64,000 bases of DNA. It comes from a virus. Its lineage: Duplodnaviria > Caudoviricetes. The stretch covers positions 1 to 64,000 of the IMG/VR virus record IMGVR_UViG_2706795039_000001; one strand, given 5' to 3'. The position numbers were made by a program, and so were the translations under genes. Shown here piece after piece: positions 36,655-44,424 of this stretch (its first letter is position 1; each line of letters starts with the position of its first letter). The notes beneath the pieces are model-generated. The model had not been told where the DNA came from, did not search any database, and saw only the letters and a program-made list of their open reading frames with translations.

Positions 36655-37530
36655 TTACACACTAAATGGAATATCAATATGTTCTTGTGGAAAATAATCT
36701 GTAACAAGGAAATTGCTGGTCGTTACCCACGCCTCTAGATCTTCTAGAGATTCAATTGCTGGGTCAATCCAGAAAGTAGGAGGCTGTCGCTCTTCTCTAT
36801 CTAACATTTCCATAACTGCTGGTATTTGGTCTTCATAAATGTGCGCATTTACTATCTTATGAAACGCTCTGCCAGGTTCTAGTCCAGTTATTTGAGCAAC
36901 TATAGCTAGGAATGCGTACACTTGTACCATGTTGAAGTTAAGTCCTAACGGTACGTCACAAGAGCGCTGAGTAGCGTTAAGGTACAGTTTACTATTTAGT
37001 ATAGAGAACTGGAAGTTGTACATACAAGGGCGTAGGCAGCCCTGGTCGAACTCGCCTGGATTCCAGTAGCTTAGAATTTCGCCACGGTCGTCAATCCCCT
37101 TTGAGAGATTATTGATAATCTTTTCTAGTTGGTCTACTGACCGTAGCCCACCATAGCCGTCGGGTGACGTCCAATTCCTTCCCTGTACCCCGTAAACACG
37201 CCCCATGTCGTCTTCACCGCGCCTGTGAGGGTTTTTCAACCAAGCCTCATTGATGTTCGCGTTAGCATCCCAGGTCTTCGTACCTAGGTTTCTGAAGTCT
37301 TCTGCGTTAGAATAGCCTCTAATGTACCCTAGCAGCTCTGCTACTGCGGACTTCCAGAAAGATTTTCTAAGGCTAAGCAAGGGGAACTCGCCCGCCCCTA
37401 CATTATACTCTAGGTCATAGTTAATTACTGTTAGACAGCGCTTACCTGTGCGTTCGTTGTACACCCACTCACCATTTTCTAGGATGTGGCGTAGCAGCTG
37501 TTTATATTCGTAATCCATATTTTGCTCCAA
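36655..37530 (-). CDS. thyA: Thymidylate synthase
   Basis: [25 protein letters not shown]. Confidence 0.95.
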   Translation of the reverse strand: MEQNMDYEYKQLLRHILENGEWVYNERTGKRCLTVINYDLEYNVGAGEFPLLSLRKSFWKSAVAELLGYIRGYSNAEDFRNLGTKTWDANANINEAWLKNPHRRGEDDMGRVYGVQGRNWTSPDGYGGLRSVDQLEKIINNLSKGIDDRGEILSYWNPGEFDQGCLRPCMYNFQFSILNSKLYLNATQRSCDVPLGLNFNMVQVYAFLAIVAQITGLEPGRAFHKIVNAHIYEDQIPAVMEMLDREERQPPTFWIDPAIESLEDLEAWVTTSNFLVTDYFPQEHIDIPFSV

Positions 37531-37543
37531 TAAAAATGGGAGC

Positions 37544-37750
37544 TTATCGCTCCCATTGATGTCTAACCTTTCTCTGGTCTTTCCAAGATCTGCTTACTGT
37601 CCTAGCTGGGCAGTCGTAGTAAGCTAAGTCAGAAGTATATACGTCTGAGTTCTTAAAAGGTCTTCTTGTTATACCATACTCTTTACATACTTGGTCATTT
37701 ATTAGGTAACGATGCCAAGATGCTTTCAAGTTGTGACGTCTGTACGCCAT
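37544..37750 (-). CDS. Basic small protein with C-terminal RSWK..RK..HQW motif
   Basis: GGAGG SD embedded in a long hairpin. Confidence 0.65.
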   Translation of the reverse strand: MAYRRHNLKASWHRYLINDQVCKEYGITRRPFKNSDVYTSDLAYYDCPARTVSRSWKDQRKVRHQWER

Positions 37751-37843
37751 AGTTGCCTCCGTTTATCGTCGAATCAAGACCGTAGACGTTACGGTCTATA
37801 TTCGAATAGGAGGCTTCAAGTGTCTCTTATTCAAGGCTAGTCC

Positions 37844-38119
37844 TTAGTTAGAGGAGTTTGAAAATTCTGCTACCATTTTACCAGCCGAGTTCATTACTCG
37901 GATTACAGTAGAGCCTGTGAGTGGCCATGAATACTTTCCACCATCTGGGTCAACGCAGCTAAACTGATGGAACTTGAACTCTACTTCGTTCTCGTCTTCT
38001 GAACCTTCTTTCTGACCAACTACTGGTACAGTAGAAAAGTTTACCGCCTCAACGCAGAATAGTGCATCTAGGGAAAGCTCTGGGTACTTGTCTCTATTGG
38101 TTACTGTTACTGTGAACAT
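37844..38119 (-). CDS. Hypothetical protein
   Basis: ORF; VMNSAGK motif. Confidence 0.65.
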   Translation of the reverse strand: MFTVTVTNRDKYPELSLDALFCVEAVNFSTVPVVGQKEGSEDENEVEFKFHQFSCVDPDGGKYSWPLTGSTVIRVMNSAGKMVAEFSNSSN

Positions 38120-38124
38120 TTAAA

Positions 38125-38349
38125 CTACCGATATACGGGGTCTTTCCCGTCTTTGAAATGAACTTCATGCTTGCAAGCATATACAAAACCTGCCATACCT
38201 GGGGCATGGTACAGTATATCTTGTTCTGCTAATTCTTTACAGACTGGGCACTCGTCATATACGATCTTACGAAGTATAGGTAAACGCATGTTTTCTTCCA
38301 CATCTACGTCTACGATGCCTTGATTGAAGGTTATCACTTTATGTATCAT
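38125..38349 (-). CDS. Small Cys/His protein
   Basis: CPVC..CKH. Confidence 0.6.
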   Translation of the reverse strand: MIHKVITFNQGIVDVDVEENMRLPILRKIVYDECPVCKELAEQDILYHAPGMAGFVYACKHEVHFKDGKDPVYR

Positions 38350-38367
38350 ACGATTGACCTTATAAAT

Positions 38368-38455
38368 TGGCAGAGAGCAGCAGAATCGAACTGCAACCGT
38401 TTCCAGTCACTTCGCTTAGCAGGCGAGCCTAACCACCTTGGCTAGATTACTCTCT
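38368..38455 (-). tRNA. tRNA-Ser(GCU)
   Basis: Loop CT-GCT-AA, long variable arm, G73, CCA. Confidence 0.9.
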
Positions 38456-38490
38456 AAAAGTAAAGCCAGATAGATTCTGGCTTTAGTATA

Positions 38491-38566
38491 TGGCGCGGCT
38501 ACTAGGATTCTAACCTAGACGAACTCCTTCGTAGGGAGTCATGCTATACAGTTACATCATACCCGC
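38491..38566 (-). tRNA. tRNA-Arg(ACG)
   Basis: Loop CT-ACG-AA; atypical T loop TTAGAAT; CCA. Confidence 0.85.
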
Positions 38567-38572
38567 AAGAAT

Positions 38573-38648
38573 TGGTGCAGAGGACTGGAGTTGAACCAGT
38601 GACACCAGGATCTTCAATCCCGTGCTCTACCTACTGAGCTACCACTGC
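38573..38648 (-). tRNA. tRNA-Phe(GAA)
   Basis: Loop TT-GAA-GA, CCA. Confidence 0.9.
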
Positions 38649-38822
38649 ATTGTCACGTACACAACGGAACATTACTTGTTCGTTGGTTTTCTCTACTTCT
38701 TGAAGTCTGCCAGACTTTACTAGACGATAGCATTGCTGGCGCAGCTTATCTTGAGATTTCTTAAAACGGTTTACTACAAACACTTTATCAGTGGCTAGTT
38801 TTAGAAGTTTCTCAGTTTTCAT
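38631..38822 (-). CDS. Basic hypothetical protein
   Basis: GGAG SD; 3' end runs into tRNA-Phe. Confidence 0.55.
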   Translation of the reverse strand: MKTEKLLKLATDKVFVVNRFKKSQDKLRQQCYRLVKSGRLQEVEKTNEQVMFRCVRDNAVVAQ

Positions 38823-38948
38823 ATATACTTATACTCCAAGTAGTTTATTTTTAATGAGGCCGAGTTACTACGATCCTTTGGTGTTATCCGGCGAATTACG
38901 ATTCTTATCCGGTACTCGGCAAGCAGTAAAGGCGCTGCTATCGCGATT

Positions 38949-39025
38949 TGGTGCACCTTGCTGGGCTTGAACCAGCGACCTCACCCTTATGAGGGGTTTG
39001 CTCTAACCAACTAAGCTAAAGGCGC
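38949..39025 (-). tRNA. tRNA-CAU (elongator Met or Ile2)
   Basis: Loop CT-CAT-AA, paired 1-72, CCA. Confidence 0.85.
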
Positions 39026-39031
39026 TAAATA

Positions 39032-39107
39032 TGGTTCCCATGACTGGACTCGAACCAGTGACGCGGCGATTATCGGTCGCCTGTTCTACCAACTGAACTA
39101 CACGGGA
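39032..39107 (-). tRNA. tRNA-Ile(GAU)
   Basis: Loop CC-GAT-AA (C33), CCA. Confidence 0.85.
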
Positions 39108-39195
39108 AGAGATTGCTAGGACAGGAGTGTGCGACTCCAAGGTATTTTAATGCCTACCAAGGCTCACGACATTTTTTAATGCCCTAGCAAAATTT

Positions 39196-39342
39196 TTAAT
39201 CTGGATCTACATTTCTTGTGCCGTCTTCGTTAAACTCATTTGGGGAGTATTCTTCCCCACAATTGTGGCAACGAGCTTCATCTTCAAGGATCCAAACTGT
39301 ACCATCACAGTACCAACAGGGCGCTTTCTTACAAGTGTTCAC
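39196..39342 (-). CDS. 48-aa zinc-ribbon-like peptide
   Basis: GTG start; CWYC...CHNC; below the track cutoff. Confidence 0.5.
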   Translation of the reverse strand: MNTCKKAPCWYCDGTVWILEDEARCHNCGEEYSPNEFNEDGTRNVDPD

Positions 39343-39733
39343 GTGCCACCTTCGCTGCTAGTTTGGCATCGTATTGACCTGTGAAGTCATTTCGCAGTAG
39401 CTTCATGAACTCACCTACGTTAGTTACACCATGATCTACCATAATAGCTACCAAGTCTTGTTCAGACAGGAACTCCGGCAAAAGACTTTCTAGGAAGTCT
39501 GCTTCTGCATCATACTCTTTTGCTTTTTCAGCATCAGTAGTGCATAAACGAGAGTTGTCTCGGCAAGTGTCAATGGCTTTCTTGATCTTACCAATTACCA
39601 TGTCTTCGTTAACTTCTTTGTTCTGACGCACAAAGTCTTCAAAAGAAGCAATAATCACACCAACTGCTTTTGCATAAGGTGAACGCTCTTTACGTAGACC
39701 CATGTGAATTTCTTTTAGTGCTTGTAAGCGCAT
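39329..39733 (-). CDS. GatB/YqeY-domain protein
   Basis: E...L...LP..LSE..L and G..MK.L....GQYD.K motifs; within tRNA cluster. Confidence 0.8.
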   Translation of the reverse strand: MRLQALKEIHMGLRKERSPYAKAVGVIIASFEDFVRQNKEVNEDMVIGKIKKAIDTCRDNSRLCTTDAEKAKEYDAEADFLESLLPEFLSEQDLVAIMVDHGVTNVGEFMKLLRNDFTGQYDAKLAAKVAREHL

Positions 39734-39753
39734 CTTCTTTCCTTCTTCATTAT

Positions 39754-39907
39754 TACCATTTAAATAACACTCTCTGTCAGCTACCTACATTACCTAGTGT
39801 TGATACTGTAAGCACCTTCCCCAGGGTCACTACCCCCTATAGAGTGATTGCGTATTGCAGCATGACCTGTACTAATAAGCAACCATAAGAGTGCAAATTA
39901 AATGGTA
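39754..39907 (-). ncRNA. Putative ~150-nt rod-like RNA 3' of tRNA-Val
   Basis: TACCATTTAA/TTAAATGGTA, CACTCT/AGAGTG and G-U-rich inner stems. Confidence 0.45.
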
Positions 39908-39980
39908 CTCGGTACTGGAATCGAACCAGTTTCTAGCCTCCGTGTAAAGGAGGTGCAACGCCAAATTTTGCTAACCGAGT
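39903..39980 (-). tRNA. tRNA-Val(UAC)
   Basis: Loop TT-TAC-AC, CCA. Confidence 0.9.
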
Positions 39981-39985
39981 ATTTT

Positions 39986-40185
39986 TGAGGATTCACGTAC
40001 CTCAGTAAGGTGTACCCTCCAGCGGTACACTCAACGACTATTCTGACTTAGGCTCCGATAGCTCGGAGGGTGTTTCACTCTGTGGTCACTACTGATTGCA
40101 CTGAGTGGGAGTTCTTGCCACCGAGAATCGAACTCGGTTCTGCTGGGTGCAAGCCAACTGTTTTATCCACGTAAACTACAGCCCC
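39986..40185 (-). ncRNA. tRNA-Ala(UGC)-like domain with interrupted acceptor plus 3' structured extension
   Basis: GGGGCTG 5' end, D arm, CT-TGC-AC, CCGAG-TTCGATT-CTCGG, then TGGC-AAGAAC-TCCCA and further hairpins. Confidence 0.6.
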
Positions 40186-40189
40186 AAAA

Positions 40190-40396
40190 GTTATTTAGTT
40201 AAACTCACACTAGAAAGTGATCAGCTTTCGGCAAATACCTAGCTAGACATTAGCATTCCTCAATAGGTGATTGCAATCTTTGTGCTACCAGTAGCACAGA
40301 GTGAACCTTGGAGGCTTCCGGTTACATTATACACTCTTAGTAACCTGTCGCTACATTCTAGCGTCGATAGCACTGAATGTGAGTTTATTAAATAAC
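40190..40396 (-). ncRNA. Putative ~200-nt multibranch RNA
   Basis: ~20-bp closing stem GTTATTTAATAAACTCACA/TGTGAGTTTAACTAAATAAC with several internal hairpins. Confidence 0.5.
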
Positions 40397-40406
40397 TCTT
40401 TAGTCT

Positions 40407-40503
40407 AGAATCATGTGTACCAATAAGTTTGCATCTTATTGCGTACAAAAGCATATACACCAACCAAGTTGACAGCCTGGTTCTGGAAGCCATCCCAGAT
40501 TCT
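40407..40503 (-). ncRNA. Putative ~100-nt multibranch RNA
   Basis: AGAATC/GATTCT closure, TGTAC-CAATAAG hairpin, AACCA/TGGTT hairpin. Confidence 0.35.
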
Positions 40504-40513
40504 TTGCCTGAAC

Positions 40514-40600
40514 GTTACTCTTTAATGCAGCGGGACTCGAACCCACAACCACCACGACAGAGGGAAGCTCTAACCAGTTGAGCGTTATGCATTTAGTAAC
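40514..40600 (-). ncRNA. tRNA-like RNA (pseudo-tRNA) lacking CCA
   Basis: Intact D arm GCTC-AACTGGTTA-GAGC and T arm GTGGG-TTCGAGT-CCCGC; weak anticodon arm; extended acceptor. Confidence 0.6.
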
Positions 40601-40662
40601 TAGTATATGTTGGCAACGTGTTATATGTCACTGGCCTACTCATGACTCTAGCTAAAGAGCTA

Positions 40663-40739
40663 TGGCGTCCTAGAGAGGATTTGAACCTCTGACCTCTCCC
40701 TTAGGAGGGGAGCGCTCTATCCTGCTGAGCTACTAGGAC
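40663..40739 (-). tRNA. tRNA-Arg(CCU)
   Basis: Loop CT-CCT-AA, CCA. Confidence 0.9.
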
Positions 40740-40755
40740 TCTTTACTTGCTTACC

Positions 40756-41277
40756 CTATACAAGGGTAAGCAAAATTTCTTTTACTTCCTTTAGTGGAAG
40801 ATTAACCCACTCGTGAGTGAACCCGCTTATACTGTGGAACTGTTTCTCCAGCTCTTTGTAATTAGTGCATGGCATATACCACTCCAGCCTAAAATCCCTA
40901 AAAGGGGAGGAGGTCTGGTAAGTTATTAGACGGGTTTCTGCATCTTTGGCAGCCCCCACCTTAAACCACCCAGGGTACGCTGGATTTGATACTATATACA
41001 CATACCCAATATTAGAGTTTATTCCTAATCTATGACATAAGATGTTCATCGTCATAGTAGCAAATAGCCTCTGCCTACTTAACTGGGTATTAAAGTATTT
41101 TAGGCTCCTATCAACCTTACCATACTTTTTTGTACATGCCGCACGTGTCATGTGCATAGCATACCCAGATATAGCACGCTCTATAGTGCTAGGAAGTCCA
41201 TCAAATAAACCAGAGGCTCTTAACCACTGCAGCATGTGGGAGACTCTATCATCTCTATTATTAGATTTAGTCTTCAC
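40756..41277 (-). CDS. T5orf172 / GIY-YIG-like protein
   Basis: GYVYIVSNPA.PGWFKVG...RL..YQTSSP..E...H..EW. Confidence 0.8.
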   Translation of the reverse strand: MKTKSNNRDDRVSHMLQWLRASGLFDGLPSTIERAISGYAMHMTRAACTKKYGKVDRSLKYFNTQLSRQRLFATMTMNILCHRLGINSNIGYVYIVSNPAYPGWFKVGAAKDAETRLITYQTSSPFRDFRLEWYMPCTNYKELEKQFHSISGFTHEWVNLPLKEVKEILLTLV

Positions 41278-41366
41278 CTAATAGTATCCTAATATTATTT
41301 GGTTAGCTAGGCACCGTATACTAGCTAATTACCAATGTGTATTGTCGGGTCACATTGAACCAAATT

Positions 41367-41442
41367 TGGTAGCGGGTGTTGGAGTTGAACCAACCTACAA
41401 GGGGATATGAGCCCCTCAACAACACCGGTTGTCTTACCCGCA
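41367..41442 (-). tRNA. Initiator tRNA-fMet(CAU)
   Basis: GGGG/CCCC anticodon stem, unpaired 1-72, CCA. Confidence 0.85.
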
Positions 41443-41448
41443 CAGAAC

Positions 41449-41604
41449 CTAATTGCGTAATTTAAAGCCATTCTCGTATAAATCTTTGGCTAGAGTTTTT
41501 ACTCTACGAAGCCCTAGGCCTGATTTTGTCGAAGCCAAGTTTACACTAGAACCGTATGCTAAAGCAAACGTTGCTGTTTTTAACATTTTTCCGCGTTTTT
41601 TCAT
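41449..41604 (-). CDS. 51-aa basic peptide, probably leaderless
   Basis: TTGCTA-17-GATAAT-6 nt-ATG; KTATFALAYG. Confidence 0.5.
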   Translation of the reverse strand: MKKRGKMLKTATFALAYGSSVNLASTKSGLGLRRVKTLAKDLYENGFKLRN

Positions 41605-41706
41605 GTGATTATTATCTCATTAATTAGCGTTATTAGCAAGACTTTATTTTAAGTTTTTGTCTTAACCTATTGTTTCGTGGTTAGACGTTTTCTTTAATTT
41701 AGATGA

Positions 41707-41931
41707 TTATTTTACAACTTTTTTCATCTAAAGGCAAATCTTAATTTCTAAGAAGTGCCTATCCGGTGGATCGGGATACCGCGTGTTAATAAGCTGCTTA
41801 AGCTCACCCACTCTCATAGATAGGTCTTTGAGATAAACTGTTTGGTTGCAATTTATTTCAAAGAACTATTATCAATTTAGAATACTATTCTACAACTTTT
41901 TTCATCTAAGAGCAAGTCTTAATTTCTAAGA
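41707..41931 (-). promoter_or_regulatory. Duplicated strong promoters feeding the tRNA cluster
   Basis: TTGCCT..GTTGTAAAAT and TTGCTC..GTTGTAGAAT within ~40-bp near-identical repeats. Confidence 0.65.
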
Positions 41932-41955
41932 CTTGCTCGAAGCACCTACTTATTA

Positions 41956-42273
41956 CTACGCTGGGACAGCGTAGAACTTTAAGCCGTCTTCTGTGACGTC
42001 ATAATCATAGGAGATCTTGCCAGATTTAAGATCTTTGTACACACGCTTTACTGAGCCTTCTGGGTAAGCTAGCGTCTCAGTGGTTACTGACATTCGCTTA
42101 TCTAGGCTGTTGCGAACTCGCTTAGTAGAGATTGGAGCGTTGTGAGAGCCGAACGTTTTCGGCTCTAGTTTAGGCAACAGATTACCCTTTTGAGATTCAA
42201 CAATCGCTACAGCGATAAAACGCAAGGTCTTAGCTTGTTTTCCATTCATCCTGGAGTCTCCATTACAAGCCAA
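41956..42273 (-). CDS. Hypothetical protein
   Basis: Likely start MNGKQAK (42249). Confidence 0.65.
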   Translation of the reverse strand: MACNGDSRMNGKQAKTLRFIAVAIVESQKGNLLPKLEPKTFGSHNAPISTKRVRNSLDKRMSVTTETLAYPEGSVKRVYKDLKSGKISYDYDVTEDGLKFYAVPA

Positions 42274-42445
42274 ATACGGAAGCAGTATATTCTACTGCTC
42301 GCGGATGTTTTGAAACGTAACCGTCCGTCGCCTTAGACAGTAAGCCTAGCACTTTGGTTAAGCCAGCACGACGAGCTTCTAGTAAGGTGAAGCCAAAGCT
42401 ACCTTCGATCTTGCGAGTACGTGCAGATAGTTTCTTGCCAGTCAT
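42263..42445 (-). CDS. Hypothetical protein
   Basis: ORF after promoter. Confidence 0.55.
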   Translation of the reverse strand: MTGKKLSARTRKIEGSFGFTLLEARRAGLTKVLGLLSKATDGYVSKHPRAVEYTASVFGL

Positions 42446-42517
42446 GTCTTTCTTTTTTCATTCTCTATTTCCTTTGGTTTTCTCAGTTTAGGAATATATT
42501 ATAAATCGTTTTTAGCT

Positions 42518-43039
42518 TTAGAGCAAATCAATTATTTTCAAATCAACCCCTTTACCACAGTAAAGAGAACGCTTAGAGGCAATCTCTACAGCTTTAGTAG
42601 CTACTTCTTCAACAGATAGGTTCTTGTCGGAGTATAGTACTTCCAATGCTCCAGTAGCAATATCATTGCCACAACCTTCAGCTATGAATGTCTCAGAACT
42701 AATAAAACACTGTACAGAGCTAATACTGTAAATCTTTGAGCCTACTCCAATGACTAGGAGGGCTACAGTACCTTTACACTCTTTTTCTTTTAGAAGCTTG
42801 CGAATTGCTTCACAAATATCGGCAATATAAGAGTCGTCGGTATGGTCTTCGTGACGTGGAGGTAGCTCCAGAAAATGTTGGATAACCTGCCCTTCACGCA
42901 GTCCACCTGTAAACGCCATGTGGATTTTTCTTTTTGAGGCCATCTTGTCTACTGAAAAAGACCAGTGCCAACAGGACGCCATTTTATCGGCAGCTAGCAC
43001 TGCCTTGTTATCGCGGATTACTCCGACCAATACTGTCAT
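42518..43039 (-). CDS. HslV / proteasome-subunit-like Ntn hydrolase
   Basis: M-T start, AADK, K, AEGCG..A.GAL; ATGA-coupled start 43039. Confidence 0.7.
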   Translation of the reverse strand: MTVLVGVIRDNKAVLAADKMASCWHWSFSVDKMASKRKIHMAFTGGLREGQVIQHFLELPPRHEDHTDDSYIADICEAIRKLLKEKECKGTVALLVIGVGSKIYSISSVQCFISSETFIAEGCGNDIATGALEVLYSDKNLSVEEVATKAVEIASKRSLYCGKGVDLKIIDLL

Positions 43040-43728
43040 TGTTTGTTCTCCAGACCACCACAAATCAGGTTATAGATCGTTACTAGGTAACGAATTTCGT
43101 GCTTACAATCGTCTAGACCGTAATGTTCGATGCCACGGAAGTCAGACCAGAACGCTTGTTTGACTGAAGGTGCAAGCCCACAGTAAGTCCTGGCGTCTCG
43201 TTCTGCGCTGTAATTCCAAATATCATTACCGTGAACAGAGCGAATTAGGGAATGAAGCTTGCCTAGGTCAAAAGTAATACCGTTGCCCCATACTAGTGGT
43301 TGTGGATTACGTTTTTCCAAGTCTTCTGCTGCCCAAGCTTGGCTGGTAGTTTTCAGGAAGTCAGCTAGCTGAATCACGAAGCCGCCTACTGGTAAGGGCA
43401 TCGGTAAACCGTTTCGCTTACAATACTCACTAGAGGCGTGTGCTACTTTCTCCCTTGCTTCCTCGCTTTGCATTAACCAAAATGCAATAGTTCCACCACT
43501 AACTACTCTACCGAGTTGTACCTGACAATCAATATCTAGGTGCCAGGTCTTTTCAGCTACGATCTCTCCAGATAGTAGGTTAAACCCTACGGCAGACACC
43601 TCTGTCACAATGGAGTTTGCTTCCGTAGCAAGAGTTTCTAGGTCGAATACCCAGTTTAGGTGTAAATGGTCTGTTGGGCTTAAGTAGAGCTTGGTTTTAT
43701 CTACGTTACCCAAAATATTTTCTAACAT
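43036..43728 (-). CDS. DEDDh 3'-5' exonuclease (Rv2179c / ExoVIII-like)
   Basis: DLETL, WGNG..FD, RD.RT, H..LDD. Confidence 0.85.
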   Translation of the reverse strand: MLENILGNVDKTKLYLSPTDHLHLNWVFDLETLATEANSIVTEVSAVGFNLLSGEIVAEKTWHLDIDCQVQLGRVVSGGTIAFWLMQSEEAREKVAHASSEYCKRNGLPMPLPVGGFVIQLADFLKTTSQAWAAEDLEKRNPQPLVWGNGITFDLGKLHSLIRSVHGNDIWNYSAERDARTYCGLAPSVKQAFWSDFRGIEHYGLDDCKHEIRYLVTIYNLICGGLENKQ

Positions 43729-43958
43729 ACTCTCTCCTGTACAAATAAATCTATACCTTGTACACAGGGCATAGATTTATCCTCTCTTTTTTGAGAGGAT
43801 ACAGGTAGTACATCCTCAAAACCCCAATCTTCCTCGTCGAACTCAGGCTCGTATAATTCGTCGGCCAATTTTGAGGAAGCCCGGTGATACTTAGTCTTGT
43901 CTCTGTGCACATTAGCCCTGTTGAATTTGGCTGCGTGCTTTGCTACGAAATTTCTCAT
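43722..43958 (-). CDS. Hypothetical protein
   Basis: MRNFVAKHA.KFNRA.VH.DK motif. Confidence 0.65.
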   Translation of the reverse strand: MRNFVAKHAAKFNRANVHRDKTKYHRASSKLADELYEPEFDEEDWGFEDVLPVSSQKREDKSMPCVQGIDLFVQERVC

Positions 43959-44094
43959 TGTTGTACCTCACAAATAAGTTGGCAGCACGGTACCGTGCTA
44001 AGGCTAGCCTATTAAGTTTATTTGACTTTTTCGGCTGCCCTTCGATTATAATCCTACAGGGTGGTGGCACTGGCACTAGCAGCGTATCATACAT
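43912..44094 (-). CDS. Hypothetical protein
   Basis: AAGG SD. Confidence 0.45.
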   Translation of the reverse strand: MYDTLLVPVPPPCRIIIEGQPKKSNKLNRLALARYRAANLFVRYNNEKFRSKARSQIQQG

Positions 44095-44139
44095 AACTGT
44101 TTCCTTGGGGCACTATTCTTAGTAGTGCCCCCAGTAACA

Positions 44140-44424
44140 CTATTGATCAGCTTTCTCGCTAGCTTTAAAGGCTGGCGCACCTAGGATGTGACCAGCTTCG
44201 TCGCGGTACATCTTATGGCGGTTTTTAGGCGCGTGAGCACCTTTTTTAAGCGGCGCTTTACGAACACCTAGTGGCTTGCCCACTTTAGAAGCTGATTGCA
44301 GGTCTTCTGGATGTGCTTTAACGTGACGAGCCAGACGACGTGCTTTGTTTTTTGCTGTGCGTGATACGGCCTCTGCCTTACGTGATGCTTTCGGGTCTTG
44401 CTTAGTTGCTTGTACTTTTGACAT
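44140..44424 (-). CDS. Highly basic hypothetical protein
   Basis: NKARRLARHVKAHPED. Confidence 0.7.
   Translation of the reverse strand: MSKVQATKQDPKASRKAEAVSRTAKNKARRLARHVKAHPEDLQSASKVGKPLGVRKAPLKKGAHAPKNRHKMYRDEAGHILGAPAFKASEKADQ

Noticed and set aside
39986-40185. tmRNA
   Set aside because: Although it starts GGGGCTG, it has a full anticodon arm with the T arm directly after it, no tag ORF and no 3' T-arm/CCA module
40514-40600. YrlA-type Y RNA
   Set aside because: Arm order is normal D-then-T rather than permuted, and no Ro/Rsr gene is seen
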